Origin: Pseudomonadota bacterium
Lineage (GTDB): Bacteria; Pseudomonadota; Gammaproteobacteria; Burkholderiales; Burkholderiaceae
DNA: 64,000 nt
Direction: 5' to 3'
NCBI GenBank assembly: GCA_039805465.1
Contig: JBDLUD010000001.1
Coordinates: 3,164 to 67,163, forward strand
This document shows positions 30,561-44,042 of this stretch, in pieces; within the stretch, counting starts at the first letter, position 1; each line of letters opens with the position of its first letter. The notes under the pieces are model-generated. The model saw only the letters and a list, made by a program, of their open reading frames with translations, was not told the DNA's origin and ran no database searches. A program made the translations under genes and the position numbers.

Positions 30561-33500
30561 TTACTTCTTGAGACTATCTAAAATTTTCTGCAGGCGTTTT
30601 GAGGACATTGGGGCTGGTGTTTTGAGCTCCTGAGCGTACAAAGCAACTCTTAACTCTTCTAATTGCCACCTGAAATCATTCAAACGTGGATCAACAGATG
30701 CACCATAAGCCTTTTGCGCAGCTAGAAGCTTCATCCAAGGCTGATGGAGTGACTGCCATTCTTGTTGAAGTTGAGCATCTCTGGATGGATTGAGCCTGAT
30801 CTTATCAATACGCATCGAAGCTGCCTTGAGGTATCTTGGTAAATGCACCAGATATTCATATGGGGTTTGCTTCACAAATTTAGAATGAACCAGTTGCTGA
30901 ATTTGAGCTGTCACGTCCGCATGAGCATTGCTTGATAAAGCTTTTAACTGAGCCATGCGCTTTTGTAAGTCGGCGTGAGCCTGCAACGCGCTTAAAGCAT
31001 GTCGACCGACTTCTTGGGCAATCAAGGCTAACTTGGGTTTGCCTAAATCAAGACGCTGCTTAAATTCTTCAGCATTTGCTGGCAACGGCTCCATCAAACA
31101 CGAACGTTCGATGGCAAGATCTATCACTTGCGAAATCAGATCCTCTGCATTACCGATATTCATGAACAAGAGCCCTAAATCTCTGGCTCCAGGTAACTGC
31201 TTATGCAAAGCTTTGATGGTCTCTCGCATAGGCAGAGCAAACAATCGACGCAATCCTTGCAAATGAGCTTTTCTTGCCACTTCTGGATCATCAAACACCT
31301 CGATGTCACAATGCGTTTCTTGATCAACCAACGCTGGATAACCGTATAAATTCTGTTTTCCGCGTTTGATTTCAAGCATCTCCGGAAGAATGCCAAATGA
31401 CCAGTCCTTGATATTGTCGGTATGCGCGATCGATGCTTTGGTATTTGATTCTTTGGCGCCCGAGGCGACAGCATTAGAAACATCAGAGGCATTACTCTTT
31501 GATGGTGTAACGAGCTGATGGACTGCACTCGCAGCAACCTCCTGAAAAACTTCTCTGGCCGCTTGAGAATGTTCTGCTCTTAATTTACCCAGATTGCGCT
31601 CTAAGTCAATTTGTCGACCATACTCATCCACTAAGCGGAAATTCATAAAACAATGTAACGGTAGGTTCTCTGGTCGAAAATCTGCGCGCTGAACTTGTAA
31701 TTGAGTTTGCTCGCGTATGTCCGCGATCAGAGCATCTAGGTAATCACCATCACCAAAGGTATTTTTCTCAGATGTGCGCTCAACAAATTTCTTGGCATAG
31801 TCAGGTAAAGGCACACAGTAACGACGCAATTTTTGTGGCAATGATTTGAGATAGAGCTGAGTTTTCTCTGAGGCCAAACCAGGAACCAGCCACTCACATC
31901 GACGTTGGTCGATTTGATTGAGCAAGGTCAATGGAATCACCATGGTCACCCCATCTTTGGGACTACCTGGCTCGAAGTGATAACTGAGCTGTAACTCAGT
32001 ACCCGCCATCTTGATGGTTTTAGGGTAACGATCCAAGGTAACACCAGCGGCTTCATGCCTCATCAAATCAGATTTATCTAACTTAAGAGATGCGCTATTT
32101 TTAGGATCTTCTTTGAGCCATGCCTCAAGACTTGCTTTACAAAAGACAGTATCAGGTAGCTGCTGGTCATAAAACGCGAATAGCAACTGATCATCCACCA
32201 AGACATCTTGACGACGAGAACGGTGCTCGAGAGCTTCGATTTGTTTGACAAGGCTTAAGTTATGCCAAAAGAATCCTCCAATTGCCCCACCTTGCTTTTG
32301 TGCCTGAGCAGCCTCTGCCTGACCAAATAAATCAGCCTCCACCAAAGCTCTTTGAATAAATATATGACGGGCCTCGAGTGGGTCCTTCGGTGAGAAACGT
32401 ATCTTTCTACCGTGATAGATTGGCAAGCCATAAAGAGTGCCTCTTTCGTGCGCCATGACTTCACCTTGGCGAGCATCCCAAAATGGATCACTCCATGAGC
32501 GAATGATGCGATGACTGGCGACTTTTTCTACCCATTGCGGCTCGATCTTGGCAATGGTTCTGGCAAAGAGTCGACTGGTCTCAACCAGTTCTGAAGCTAA
32601 GATCCATGCCCCCGCCTTTTTACCAATCGTTGAACCTGGCCAAATGTTAAGTTTGATACCCCGAGCACCCTCATAGATACCTGGCCCATGTTTTTCATCG
32701 TCGGCTTTTTTAGCAATATTGCCAAGAAGACCAGTCAATAAAGAAAGATGAATCTGCTCAAAGGTGGCAGGCGTTTGATTTTCTTTCCACCCTTGATCAA
32801 TCAATAAACGGTGAAGCTGTCCGTGAATGTCACGCCACTCACGCATTCTTCTAGGGGAGATGAAATGAGTCTTGCACAGATTTTCTAATTGACGATTGCT
32901 TTGCTTATTTACCAGCGCTTGCTGATACCAATCCCACAATTTAACGAATGATAGAAACTCAGATCTTTCATCGGCAAAGACCTTATGGGCTGTATCTGCA
33001 GCTTGGGCGTACTCCATGGGTCGATCTCTTGGATCTTGTGTGGCCATGGCAGTGGCAATGATCAAAACCTCTCTGAGTGCTTGATGCTCTTTTGCTGCCA
33101 AGAGCATGCGTCCCACTCTTGGGTCCAGTGGTAAAGCTGCTAATTGCTTTCCAATGGGTGTTAGCGCCCCTTGCCTTGGACCATCGGACTCCATGGCACC
33201 CAACTCTTCTAATAGCTGCACACCGTCGGCAATAGCTCGACCCAAAGGGGCCTCAAGAAATGGAAACTCTTGGATTTTTGGAAGCTTTAAGGCGCGCATC
33301 CGAAGAATCACAGCAGCCAGAGAACTTCTTAAAATTTCAGGGTCGGTGAATTTTGGACGGGCATTGAAATCGGCCTCATCATACAAACGAACACAAATAC
33401 CATCAGAAACACGTCCGCATCGACCAGCGCGTTGATTGGCTGCTGCCTGAGAAATCGGCTCTACCTGGAGTTGCTCCACCTTATTGCGGTAGGAATAGCG

Positions 33501-34484
33501 CTTAACCCTCGCTAAACCCACATCAATCACAAAACGAATACCTGGCACAGTCAAAGATGTTTCAGCAACGTTGGTAGCTAAAACAATGCGACGGCCACCC
33601 TCGCCCTGGAACACCCTTTCTTGTTCAGCCACGGATTGTCTGGCAAATAAGCTCAGGACATCGGGACGAAAGCGCTGGTTCAGGACGTGATCTTTACGAA
33701 TAGCCTCAGCACAATCTCGGATTTCCCGTTCCCCTGGCAGGAATACCAAAATATCGCCTGCAGAATGAGGTCCATCACGCCAGAGTTCCGAGATAGCATC
33801 CAACACAGCTTCTGGGATTTCTTTGGGTTCCTTTTTACCTTGCTCTAGCAAAGGTTTGTAGCGAAGTTCAACTGGATAAAGACGGCCACTGACCTCGATC
33901 ACCGGAGCTGGTCGCTCTTTTGAGCCGAAATGCTCTGCAAAACGCTGGGCATCAATCGTTGCAGAAGTGACTATCACCTTCAAATCTGGGCGCTTGGGCA
34001 ATAACTGCCTTAAATAGCCCAACAGAAAATCAATGTTCAGGCTGCGTTCATGAGCCTCGTCAATGATGATGGTGTCGTAAGCCTTTAAAAGTGGGTCGCG
34101 CTGAGTTTCGGCCAACAAAATGCCGTCCGTCATTAACTTGACTGAGGCGGTTGCAGAGGTTTTATCCGCAAACCTCACCTGGTAGCCCACATCCTCTCCG
34201 ATGGGACTGCCTAGTTCCTGGGCAATTCTTTTGGCTGTTGAGGTGGCTGCAATCCGCCGTGGCTGGGTGTGACCAATCAACTGACCTGTGCCATTGGCAC
34301 GCCCTCGCCCCATGGCGAGGCAGATCTTAGGCAACTGTGTGGTCTTGCCAGAACCGGTTTCTCCGCACACAATGATGACCTGGTTCTGCTCTAAAGCATG
34401 AGTGATTTTCTCCCTCTGCCCAGAGACAGGTAAGCTTTCGGGAAACTCAATTTTTAAAAGTTTGGTTATTTTTTCTGGTTGCAC
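30561..34484 (-). CDS. hrpA: ATP-dependent RNA helicase HrpA
   Basis: GETGSGKTTQLP, DEAH, SAT, QRAGRCGR, EELRVALYAQEL C-terminus. Start GTG at 34484 or 34499. Confidence 0.96.
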   Translation of the reverse strand: MQPEKITKLLKIEFPESLPVSGQREKITHALEQNQVIIVCGETGSGKTTQLPKICLAMGRGRANGTGQLIGHTQPRRIAATSTAKRIAQELGSPIGEDVGYQVRFADKTSATASVKLMTDGILLAETQRDPLLKAYDTIIIDEAHERSLNIDFLLGYLRQLLPKRPDLKVIVTSATIDAQRFAEHFGSKERPAPVIEVSGRLYPVELRYKPLLEQGKKEPKEIPEAVLDAISELWRDGPHSAGDILVFLPGEREIRDCAEAIRKDHVLNQRFRPDVLSLFARQSVAEQERVFQGEGGRRIVLATNVAETSLTVPGIRFVIDVGLARVKRYSYRNKVEQLQVEPISQAAANQRAGRCGRVSDGICVRLYDEADFNARPKFTDPEILRSSLAAVILRMRALKLPKIQEFPFLEAPLGRAIADGVQLLEELGAMESDGPRQGALTPIGKQLAALPLDPRVGRMLLAAKEHQALREVLIIATAMATQDPRDRPMEYAQAADTAHKVFADERSEFLSFVKLWDWYQQALVNKQSNRQLENLCKTHFISPRRMREWRDIHGQLHRLLIDQGWKENQTPATFEQIHLSLLTGLLGNIAKKADDEKHGPGIYEGARGIKLNIWPGSTIGKKAGAWILASELVETSRLFARTIAKIEPQWVEKVASHRIIRSWSDPFWDARQGEVMAHERGTLYGLPIYHGRKIRFSPKDPLEARHIFIQRALVEADLFGQAEAAQAQKQGGAIGGFFWHNLSLVKQIEALEHRSRRQDVLVDDQLLFAFYDQQLPDTVFCKASLEAWLKEDPKNSASLKLDKSDLMRHEAAGVTLDRYPKTIKMAGTELQLSYHFEPGSPKDGVTMVIPLTLLNQIDQRRCEWLVPGLASEKTQLYLKSLPQKLRRYCVPLPDYAKKFVERTSEKNTFGDGDYLDALIADIREQTQLQVQRADFRPENLPLHCFMNFRLVDEYGRQIDLERNLGKLRAEHSQAAREVFQEVAASAVHQLVTPSKSNASDVSNAVASGAKESNTKASIAHTDNIKDWSFGILPEMLEIKRGKQNLYGYPALVDQETHCDIEVFDDPEVARKAHLQGLRRLFALPMRETIKALHKQLPGARDLGLLFMNIGNAEDLISQVIDLAIERSCLMEPLPANAEEFKQRLDLGKPKLALIAQEVGRHALSALQAHADLQKRMAQLKALSSNAHADVTAQIQQLVHSKFVKQTPYEYLVHLPRYLKAASMRIDKIRLNPSRDAQLQQEWQSLHQPWMKLLAAQKAYGASVDPRLNDFRWQLEELRVALYAQELKTPAPMSSKRLQKILDSLKK

Positions 34485-34500
34485 CCTATAATTTTCCACT

Positions 34501-35838
34501 ATGCCTACAAATCAAGTACAAAATAATTTTCCCTTCGTTGCGTGGCTACGCGATGTAGCCCCCTACATCCATAGTTTTCGTGGCAAAACCTTTGTCATCG
34601 GTTTCGCTGGTGAATTGGTTCAAAAAGGTGGATTAGAGGCCTTGATCCAGGATGTGGCCATGCTTCATGCCATGGGCATGAGGATTGTTTTGGTCCACGG
34701 CTCACGCCCTCAGGTGCAAGAACAGCTTGATTTAAGAAAAGTGACCAGCCGTTATGGCACAGGTGCCATGAGTGGTTACAGGATCACCGATCCTGCAGCC
34801 CTAGAATGTGCCAAAGAAGCTTCAGGCGAATTGCGTCTAGATATTGAGGCAGCATTTAGCCAAGGTCTACCCAATACTCCTATGGCCGGCTCACGTATTT
34901 CTGTGATTTCCGGTAACTTCATCATTGCTAGACCCGTGGGCATTGTTGATGGCGTTGATTTCATGCACACAGGATTGGTGCGCAAAGTGGACTCTGAATC
35001 CATTGCTCACTCTTTGGCAAATAACAAAATTGTCTTGATGTCTCCTCTTGGATTTTCTCCAACAGGTCAAGCATTCAACATTGCCTACGAAGATGTGGCC
35101 ACAGCCACTGCGATGGCAGTGAAAGCTGATAAGTTGATTTTCTTGACTGAATACAACGGCATCACAGATCTTGAAGGTGAATTGATCAAAGAATTCTCAT
35201 TGCGTCAGCTTGAAGATCACATTAGCAGCTTAACCTTGGCTGATGCAGATCTGAAGGTGCTCTTACAAAACGCCATTCGTGCGATCAAGTCTGGTGTGAG
35301 TCGTGTGCACCTATTGCCGCATGATCGTGATGGTGCCTTGCTTGAAGAGTTATTCACGCACGACGGCATCAGCACCATGATTGCAGCATCTGATATTGAA
35401 CATTTGCGCGAAGCCAATTTGGATGACGTCGGTGGCATTTTGCAATTGATTGAGCCACTAGAGGACGAGGGTATTTTGGTGGCACGTGGTCGTGACACGA
35501 TTGAGCGCGACATCACTAACTTCTCAGTGATTGAGCATGATCGCGTTTTGTTCGGTTGCGCAGCACTCTTCCCTTACCCGAATGGTTTGGGCGAGCTTTC
35601 TTGTTTGGCAGTAGATCCTCAAGCCCAAGAATCAGGTGATGGAGAGAGATTGCTCAAACGCATCGAGGCCAGAGCCAAAGCATCAGGACTGAAAAAACTA
35701 TTCGTTTTAACGACCAGAACCGAACATTGGTTCTTAAAGCGTGGCTTTGTTAGAGCCAGCGTTGATGATCTTCCAGCAGAGCGTAAAGAACTCTATAACT
35801 GGGAACGTAAATCAATGGTCTTGATTAAAAACATTTGA
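34501..35838 (+). CDS. argA: Amino-acid N-acetyltransferase
   Basis: WLRDVAPYIHSFRGKTFV, VHGSRPQ, LLEELFTHDG, C-terminal GNAT (LFVLTTRTEHWF). Confidence 0.96.
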   Translation: MPTNQVQNNFPFVAWLRDVAPYIHSFRGKTFVIGFAGELVQKGGLEALIQDVAMLHAMGMRIVLVHGSRPQVQEQLDLRKVTSRYGTGAMSGYRITDPAALECAKEASGELRLDIEAAFSQGLPNTPMAGSRISVISGNFIIARPVGIVDGVDFMHTGLVRKVDSESIAHSLANNKIVLMSPLGFSPTGQAFNIAYEDVATATAMAVKADKLIFLTEYNGITDLEGELIKEFSLRQLEDHISSLTLADADLKVLLQNAIRAIKSGVSRVHLLPHDRDGALLEELFTHDGISTMIAASDIEHLREANLDDVGGILQLIEPLEDEGILVARGRDTIERDITNFSVIEHDRVLFGCAALFPYPNGLGELSCLAVDPQAQESGDGERLLKRIEARAKASGLKKLFVLTTRTEHWFLKRGFVRASVDDLPAERKELYNWERKSMVLIKNI

Positions 35839-35870
35839 TACAAATAATTTATTAGTTAAAGAGGTAAAAG

Positions 35871-36143
35871 ATGGCTCGCATGATTCATTGCATTAAGTTA
35901 AACAAAGAAGCTGAAGGTTTGGATTTCGCACCAATGCCAGGCGATTTAGGTAAAAAATTATGGCAAGAGGTTTCTAAAGAAGCTTGGGCTGGTTGGTTGA
36001 AACATCAAACCATGTTGATCAATGAAAACCGCCTGAATATGGCCGATACTCGTGCTCGTCAATATTTACTCAAGCAAGTTGAAAAATACTTTTATGGTGA
36101 TGGCGCTGATGGTATTCAAGGTTTCGTTCCAGAAAATAAATGA
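35871..36143 (+). CDS. yggX: Fe(2+)-trafficking / oxidative damage protection protein
   Basis: [31 protein letters not shown]. Confidence 0.95.
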   Translation: MARMIHCIKLNKEAEGLDFAPMPGDLGKKLWQEVSKEAWAGWLKHQTMLINENRLNMADTRARQYLLKQVEKYFYGDGADGIQGFVPENK

Positions 36144-36161
36144 TTTTCTGAGAACCCTACT

Positions 36162-36195
36162 AATAAAAAAGGACGCTGATGCGTCCTTTTTTATT
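36162..36195. terminator. Bidirectional terminator between yggX and rpiA
   Basis: AATAAAAAAGGACGC-TGAT-GCGTCCTTTTTTATT perfect inverted repeat. Confidence 0.92.
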
Positions 36196-36225
36196 GATGC
36201 ACTTCACTCATTAATACATCAAAAA

Positions 36226-36918
36226 TTAATAAGTCTGACGACGCACGCCAGTGGCCTCACCAATTAAAAGAACGTTAGCCTTTCTTCTGGCAAACAGTCC
36301 ATTACATACAACACCAGGTATCTGATTGATTTGTGACTCAAGACCCACAGGGTCTTTGATGGATAGACCAGCCACATCCAGAATCCATCCTTGGTTATCA
36401 GTGACATAGACTGAATCAGCGCCCTTCACTTTTCTGAGCGTTACCACCCCACCTAATTTTTCCAACTCACGCGCTACTTGAGCGTGAGCCATGGGAATGA
36501 TTTCTACAGGCAATGGGAACTTACCCATCACATCCACTTGCTTGCTGCCATCACAAATACAAATGAATGATTGGGCTAATTGGGCCACGATTTTTTCACG
36601 GGTCAAGGCACCACCACCACCTTTGAGCATGTGACCATGAGGATCAATCTCATCAGCGCCATCGACGTACATCGGTAAACTTTGAACAGAATTACTATCC
36701 AAAACCTTAAAGCCATGCTTCTGCAAGCGATCCGTACTGGCCTGTGAGCTAGAGACAACCCCAGCAAAATGACTCTGATGTGGTGCAATGGCATCAATGA
36801 ATAAATTAGCAGTAGAACCAGTACCAACCCCTAAAATACCGCCTGGGGCCATATTTTTTAGGACTTCATCCTTGGCAGCATCAGCCACCATTGCTTTAAG
36901 TTGATCTTGGGTATACAT
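36226..36918 (-). CDS. rpiA: Ribose-5-phosphate isomerase A
   Basis: [31 protein letters not shown]. Confidence 0.97.
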   Translation of the reverse strand: MYTQDQLKAMVADAAKDEVLKNMAPGGILGVGTGSTANLFIDAIAPHQSHFAGVVSSSQASTDRLQKHGFKVLDSNSVQSLPMYVDGADEIDPHGHMLKGGGGALTREKIVAQLAQSFICICDGSKQVDVMGKFPLPVEIIPMAHAQVARELEKLGGVVTLRKVKGADSVYVTDNQGWILDVAGLSIKDPVGLESQINQIPGVVCNGLFARRKANVLLIGEATGVRRQTY

Positions 36919-36988
36919 GAAAACCTGTTTAGGTGATTAATAGAGTTAATTTACAGCATTCTTCAAGAAGCATTCTAAAATGAACGCC

Positions 36989-37936
36989 ATGAGCACATTA
37001 CTTGAACAATTAAAACAATACACGACCGTGGTTGCCGATACTGGTGACTTTGAGCGCATGCAGGCTTTTTTGCCGCAAGACGCCACGACCAATCCCTCAC
37101 TGATCCTAAAAGCTGCCCAACTTCCAAGCTATCAATCATTGATTGCTGATGTCAAAGCCAAAAATTTAGGCAAACCAGTGGATCAAGTGATTGATGCCTT
37201 GCTTGTGGCTTTTGGTATTGAGATATTAAAAATTGTTCCAGGACGAGTTTCGACTGAAGTGGATGCGCGTTTGTCGTTTGATACAGCCGCTACGATTAAA
37301 AAGGCCAGAGAAATCATTGCTGCATACGAAGCCAAAGGTATCTCTAAAAAGCGTGTATTGATCAAAATTGCCAGCACTTGGGAGGGTATACAGGCAGCGA
37401 AGACTCTTCAAGCCGAAGGCATTGCCTGCAATATGACCCTCTTGTTCAGCTTGATTCAGGCAGTTGCTTGTGCCGATGCCAAAGCTCAATTGATTTCCCC
37501 ATTTGTTGGACGCATCACTGATTGGCATAAAAAGTCTCTTGGTACACAGTGGCAAGATGAAGTTCATGGAGGCGCCAACGATCCAGGTGTTGTTTCTGTG
37601 AAGAGCATCTACAACTACTACAAGAGTTTTGATATCTCAACCGAAGTGATGGGAGCAAGCTTTAGAAATATTGGCCAAATCACCCATTTAGCCGGCTGTG
37701 ATTTATTGACCATCAGTCCAGAGCTGCTCGCTGAGTTACAAGCCAACACCGCAGCATTAACTCCAGCATTAACAGTGAAAAGTGCTCAGACTATTAAATT
37801 GAATGCCATCAAGGCTGATGAAGCCTCATTCCGCTATCAGCTGAATCAAGATGCCATGGCCACAGAAAAACTCTCGGAAGGTATCCGTTTGTTCTGTGCT
37901 GATATTGAGAAGTTAGAAAAGGTGCTCGCCAGCTAA
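36989..37936 (+). CDS. tal: Transaldolase
   Basis: [47 protein letters not shown]. Confidence 0.97.
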   Translation: MSTLLEQLKQYTTVVADTGDFERMQAFLPQDATTNPSLILKAAQLPSYQSLIADVKAKNLGKPVDQVIDALLVAFGIEILKIVPGRVSTEVDARLSFDTAATIKKAREIIAAYEAKGISKKRVLIKIASTWEGIQAAKTLQAEGIACNMTLLFSLIQAVACADAKAQLISPFVGRITDWHKKSLGTQWQDEVHGGANDPGVVSVKSIYNYYKSFDISTEVMGASFRNIGQITHLAGCDLLTISPELLAELQANTAALTPALTVKSAQTIKLNAIKADEASFRYQLNQDAMATEKLSEGIRLFCADIEKLEKVLAS

Positions 37937-37972
37937 ACCTTGGTGAACCGATATTGATTAAAACGATCAATG

Positions 37973-38001
37973 AAAAAAGGTGCTTAAAAGCACCTTTTTT
38001 T
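37973..38001. terminator. Bidirectional terminator between tal and rlmB
   Basis: AAAAAAGGTGCT...AGCACCTTTTTTT inverted repeat. Confidence 0.9.
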
Positions 38002-38031
38002 GTTTAATATTTACTAACTATCTTTTAGCTT

Positions 38032-38838
38032 TTAAGCCTTAAGCATTCGCTGTCGGCGAGCCTCATACAGAGCAACGCCACTGGCAACAGAAACGTTCAA
38101 GCTTTCAACACCACCCATCATTGGTATTTTGACGAGTGCATCGCAAGTCTCTCTGGTCAACCTTCGCATGCCTTCACCTTCAGCGCCCATCACTAAAGCG
38201 ATTGGGCCGGTATAGTCCATGTCATAGATTGTTTTTTCAGTTTGATCATCAGTTCCAATGAGCCAAACACCAGCCTCTTGAAGCTCGCGCATGGTTCTGG
38301 CTAAATTGGTGACAGCAATTAAAGGCATGGTTTCAGCAGCACCGCTGGCCACTTTACTCACCGTGGCGTTCAAATGTGCGGAGCGATCTTTTGGGACAAT
38401 CACAGCATCAACACCTGCACCGTCGGCCACTCGAAGACATGCTCCAAGATTATGAGGATCGGTCACGCCATCCAAAATCAATAAAAGTGCCGGACCACTC
38501 AAAGCATCCAACAACTCATCCAAGGTTTGAACTTTAGAAATCGTGTCTGCAAAAGCTACCACCCCTTGGTGACGATCATTACCGGCCAGAGTTCTTAAGC
38601 GCTCAGTATCCGCTTGATGCAAGCGTCTACCTAAAATAGGTTCTGCGGATTTGATGAAGTCCTGCATCCTACGGTCTCGCCTTGCAGGATCAACATAAAC
38701 TGTTCTCAATGACTCAGGGTCTTGGCGCAATCTTGCAATCACAGCATGGAAACCTAAAATCATTTGCTTACCATCACCACCTTGCTGCTTGTGCGATTGC
38801 TCTTTTTTTGAATCTGAGCTGTGTTCTCTATCTGACAT
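38032..38838 (-). CDS. rlmB: 23S rRNA Gm2251 methyltransferase
   Basis: [34 protein letters not shown]; downstream of rnr. Confidence 0.95.
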   Translation of the reverse strand: MSDREHSSDSKKEQSHKQQGGDGKQMILGFHAVIARLRQDPESLRTVYVDPARRDRRMQDFIKSAEPILGRRLHQADTERLRTLAGNDRHQGVVAFADTISKVQTLDELLDALSGPALLLILDGVTDPHNLGACLRVADGAGVDAVIVPKDRSAHLNATVSKVASGAAETMPLIAVTNLARTMRELQEAGVWLIGTDDQTEKTIYDMDYTGPIALVMGAEGEGMRRLTRETCDALVKIPMMGGVESLNVSVASGVALYEARRQRMLKA

Positions 38839-41312
38839 TAACGACGACCTTTACGAATACTTAACTCATGCCCTTTTGATTTGGCATTACTGGCTTTTTT
38901 TGGTTTTTTACCAGCCTTGGCTGCTGTGGTTTTCTTTTGGGCTGCACCAGCTGACTTAACAGGTGGCGATGATAAAACAGAGCCATCGCCAGCAGCTCCC
39001 CGAGATCCCCTCACACCTGCTTGAGTTGCACTTGAGTTCGGATTAGCCCGTGAACTTGAGTGAGATCTTGATGCAGATTTTTTGGCGCCAGGATGTCGGC
39101 CAGCTTTATTGCCTCGACCTTGGTCAACTTGTGAAAAACGATCGCTGGCTCCAACGCCAGCAACACCATTTCTATCACTGTTTGGTTTGACCAAACTGAA
39201 TTCGATTCTGCGTGCATCCAAATCAACTCGACTGACTAAAACATGGACCCGATCAGTCAATCTGTAACGAATGCCTGTGCGTTCACCACGAAGCTCTTGT
39301 CTGGCTTCATCGTATTGGTAGTAATCACCACCAAGTTCGCTGATGTGAATCATACCTTCAACAAAAAGGCTTTCTAATTGCACAAATAAACCAAACGTTG
39401 CAACACCGGTGATCGTACCAGCGTACTCCTGACCAAGATGATCGCGCATGTAGTAACACTTCAACCAGGCCTCAACATCTCGTGACGCTTCATCAGCACG
39501 ACGTTCATTAGAGGAGCAATGAACGCCTAACTGAGCCCAAGCTGCCATAGCAGTGGATGCTTCTTGCTTGGCTTTAGATCCTCGGGCTGTTTTTACCGCA
39601 GGGTTTAATTTGCCTTCTTCATGAGACTTCTTCGCATTGGCCGCGTTCACACGACCAGGACCGCTCTTAGGCATGGCCAAGTTCAAGACCACGTCGGTCG
39701 GAATACTTGGTGAGTATGTTTTCTTGGCCAAGATGGCTTTGATGGCGCGATGAACCAATAAGTCAGGGTAACGACGAATTGGGCTTGTAAAATGTGCATA
39801 AGCCGAATACGCCAAACCAAAGTGACCATAGTTTTCAGGTTGATACACAGCTTGCTGCATAGATCTCAACACCACTGACTGCAACATGCTGGCGTCAGGT
39901 CTTGGTTTGATTTCTTCAATCAACTTGGCAAAGTCTTTGGGTCTTGGTTTATCCGAACCACCCAGATGTAAACCAGCCGTTCTCAATACTTGTTTGAGAG
40001 TCAATAACTTTTCGACTGATGGTTCAGCATGAACTCGAAATAAAGAGGCATGTCCATTTTTATCTAAAAAATCGGCAGCGCAAACGTTGGCTGACAACAT
40101 GCATTCTTCAATGATGCGATGAGCTTCATTGCGAACTCTTGGCTCAATGCGTTCAATCTTACCTAAAGCATTGCTGATGATTTGCGTTTCAGTTGTTTCG
40201 AAATCAATCGCACCACGCTTGTCGCGTGCAGCACGAAGAACTTTATACAGACTGTACAAACGATCCAAGTTCTTTTTAAGGTGTTTGAAGCGTGCAGCCT
40301 CTGGGCCATTCGAGTTACTTAGAATTTCCCAAACGGTGTTGTACGTGAAGCGCTGCGCTGAATGCATCACCGCTGGATAGAACTGATAAGCCTGCACCTC
40401 ACCATGAACATCAATCACTGCATCACAAACCATGCACAAGCGATCAACTTCAGGCTTTAGCGAACACAGACCATTGGATATTTTTTCCGGCAGCATCGGT
40501 ATAACTCTGCGCGGGAAGTAAACGGATGTAGCACGGCTGATGGCATCAGTGTCGAGTGGGTGACCAGGTTTGACGTAGTGAGATACATCAGCAATGGCAA
40601 CAATCAAGCGCCATGCTTTTTCCTTACCCCAAGTGACTGGCTCACAATAAACCGCATCATCGAAGTCACGCGCATCTTCACCGTCAATGGTCACTAAAGG
40701 AATGTCACGTAAATCAATGCGACCTTCTAGATCTTCATCTCTGATTTCATCAGGCAATGCCTCAGCCTCTTTGGCAGCTGCAGGTGAAAATAGATGTGGC
40801 ACACCATACTTGCGCACGGCGATTTCGATTTCCATACCAGGGTCATCAATCTCACCGAGCACTTCAACCACACGACCGACTGCTTGGCGATAGCTATCTG
40901 GGTAATCAATGATCTCAACAGAAACGACTTGACCCAATTTAGCGTTACCCTGCCCTTTAGGTGGAATGAGGATATCGTGACCGATTCTCTTGTCCTCAGG
41001 AGCACAAATTAATACGCCGTTTTCATTCAATAAACGGCCAATCACAAATTGATTGGCATGCATGAGTACTTCGCTGATTTGACCTTCAGGGCGACCGCGT
41101 CGATCAACCCCGGAAACTCTGACGATCACTTTATCGTGATGCATCACACGCGACATCTCGCGCTCATTTAAAAAGACGTCTTCACCGCCATCATCAGGAA
41201 TAACAAATCCAAATCCATCTCGGTGACCTTGCACCGTGCCTTGCTTTTCTGGGAGATTTTTTGCTTTTGACTCAGATAGAGCCAATGTCCCTTTAGTACT
41301 TTTTTTAGTCAT
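38838..41312 (-). CDS. rnr: Ribonuclease R
   Basis: [37 protein letters not shown]1 domain, basic C-terminal tail. Confidence 0.96.
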   Translation of the reverse strand: MTKKSTKGTLALSESKAKNLPEKQGTVQGHRDGFGFVIPDDGGEDVFLNEREMSRVMHHDKVIVRVSGVDRRGRPEGQISEVLMHANQFVIGRLLNENGVLICAPEDKRIGHDILIPPKGQGNAKLGQVVSVEIIDYPDSYRQAVGRVVEVLGEIDDPGMEIEIAVRKYGVPHLFSPAAAKEAEALPDEIRDEDLEGRIDLRDIPLVTIDGEDARDFDDAVYCEPVTWGKEKAWRLIVAIADVSHYVKPGHPLDTDAISRATSVYFPRRVIPMLPEKISNGLCSLKPEVDRLCMVCDAVIDVHGEVQAYQFYPAVMHSAQRFTYNTVWEILSNSNGPEAARFKHLKKNLDRLYSLYKVLRAARDKRGAIDFETTETQIISNALGKIERIEPRVRNEAHRIIEECMLSANVCAADFLDKNGHASLFRVHAEPSVEKLLTLKQVLRTAGLHLGGSDKPRPKDFAKLIEEIKPRPDASMLQSVVLRSMQQAVYQPENYGHFGLAYSAYAHFTSPIRRYPDLLVHRAIKAILAKKTYSPSIPTDVVLNLAMPKSGPGRVNAANAKKSHEEGKLNPAVKTARGSKAKQEASTAMAAWAQLGVHCSSNERRADEASRDVEAWLKCYYMRDHLGQEYAGTITGVATFGLFVQLESLFVEGMIHISELGGDYYQYDEARQELRGERTGIRYRLTDRVHVLVSRVDLDARRIEFSLVKPNSDRNGVAGVGASDRFSQVDQGRGNKAGRHPGAKKSASRSHSSSRANPNSSATQAGVRGSRGAAGDGSVLSSPPVKSAGAAQKKTTAAKAGKKPKKASNAKSKGHELSIRKGRR

Positions 41313-41435
41313 ACCCCATTGTCTTATAAGAATGTGTCAATTCATAATAATTTATCAAAACTACTGTAGAAATTCTTTGATGGGCTTATTTCTCCGGGCT
41401 TTAGAACCCTGGTGATGAGAAAAACGATACCCCCA

Positions 41436-41464
41436 AAGAAAAACGGCGCCTAAAGCGCCGTTTT
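41436..41464 (-). terminator. Terminator after purA
   Basis: Minus strand AAAACGGCGC-TTTAG-GCGCCGTTTTTCTT. Confidence 0.85.
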
Positions 41465-41484
41465 ATCTAAATACCGGTCAGTGA

Positions 41485-44041
<2,557 letters not shown>

Positions 44042-44042
<1 letters not shown>

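Noticed and set aside
41313-41484. Possible tRNA gene between rnr and purA
   Set aside because: No GTTCRA T-loop or cloverleaf on either strand.
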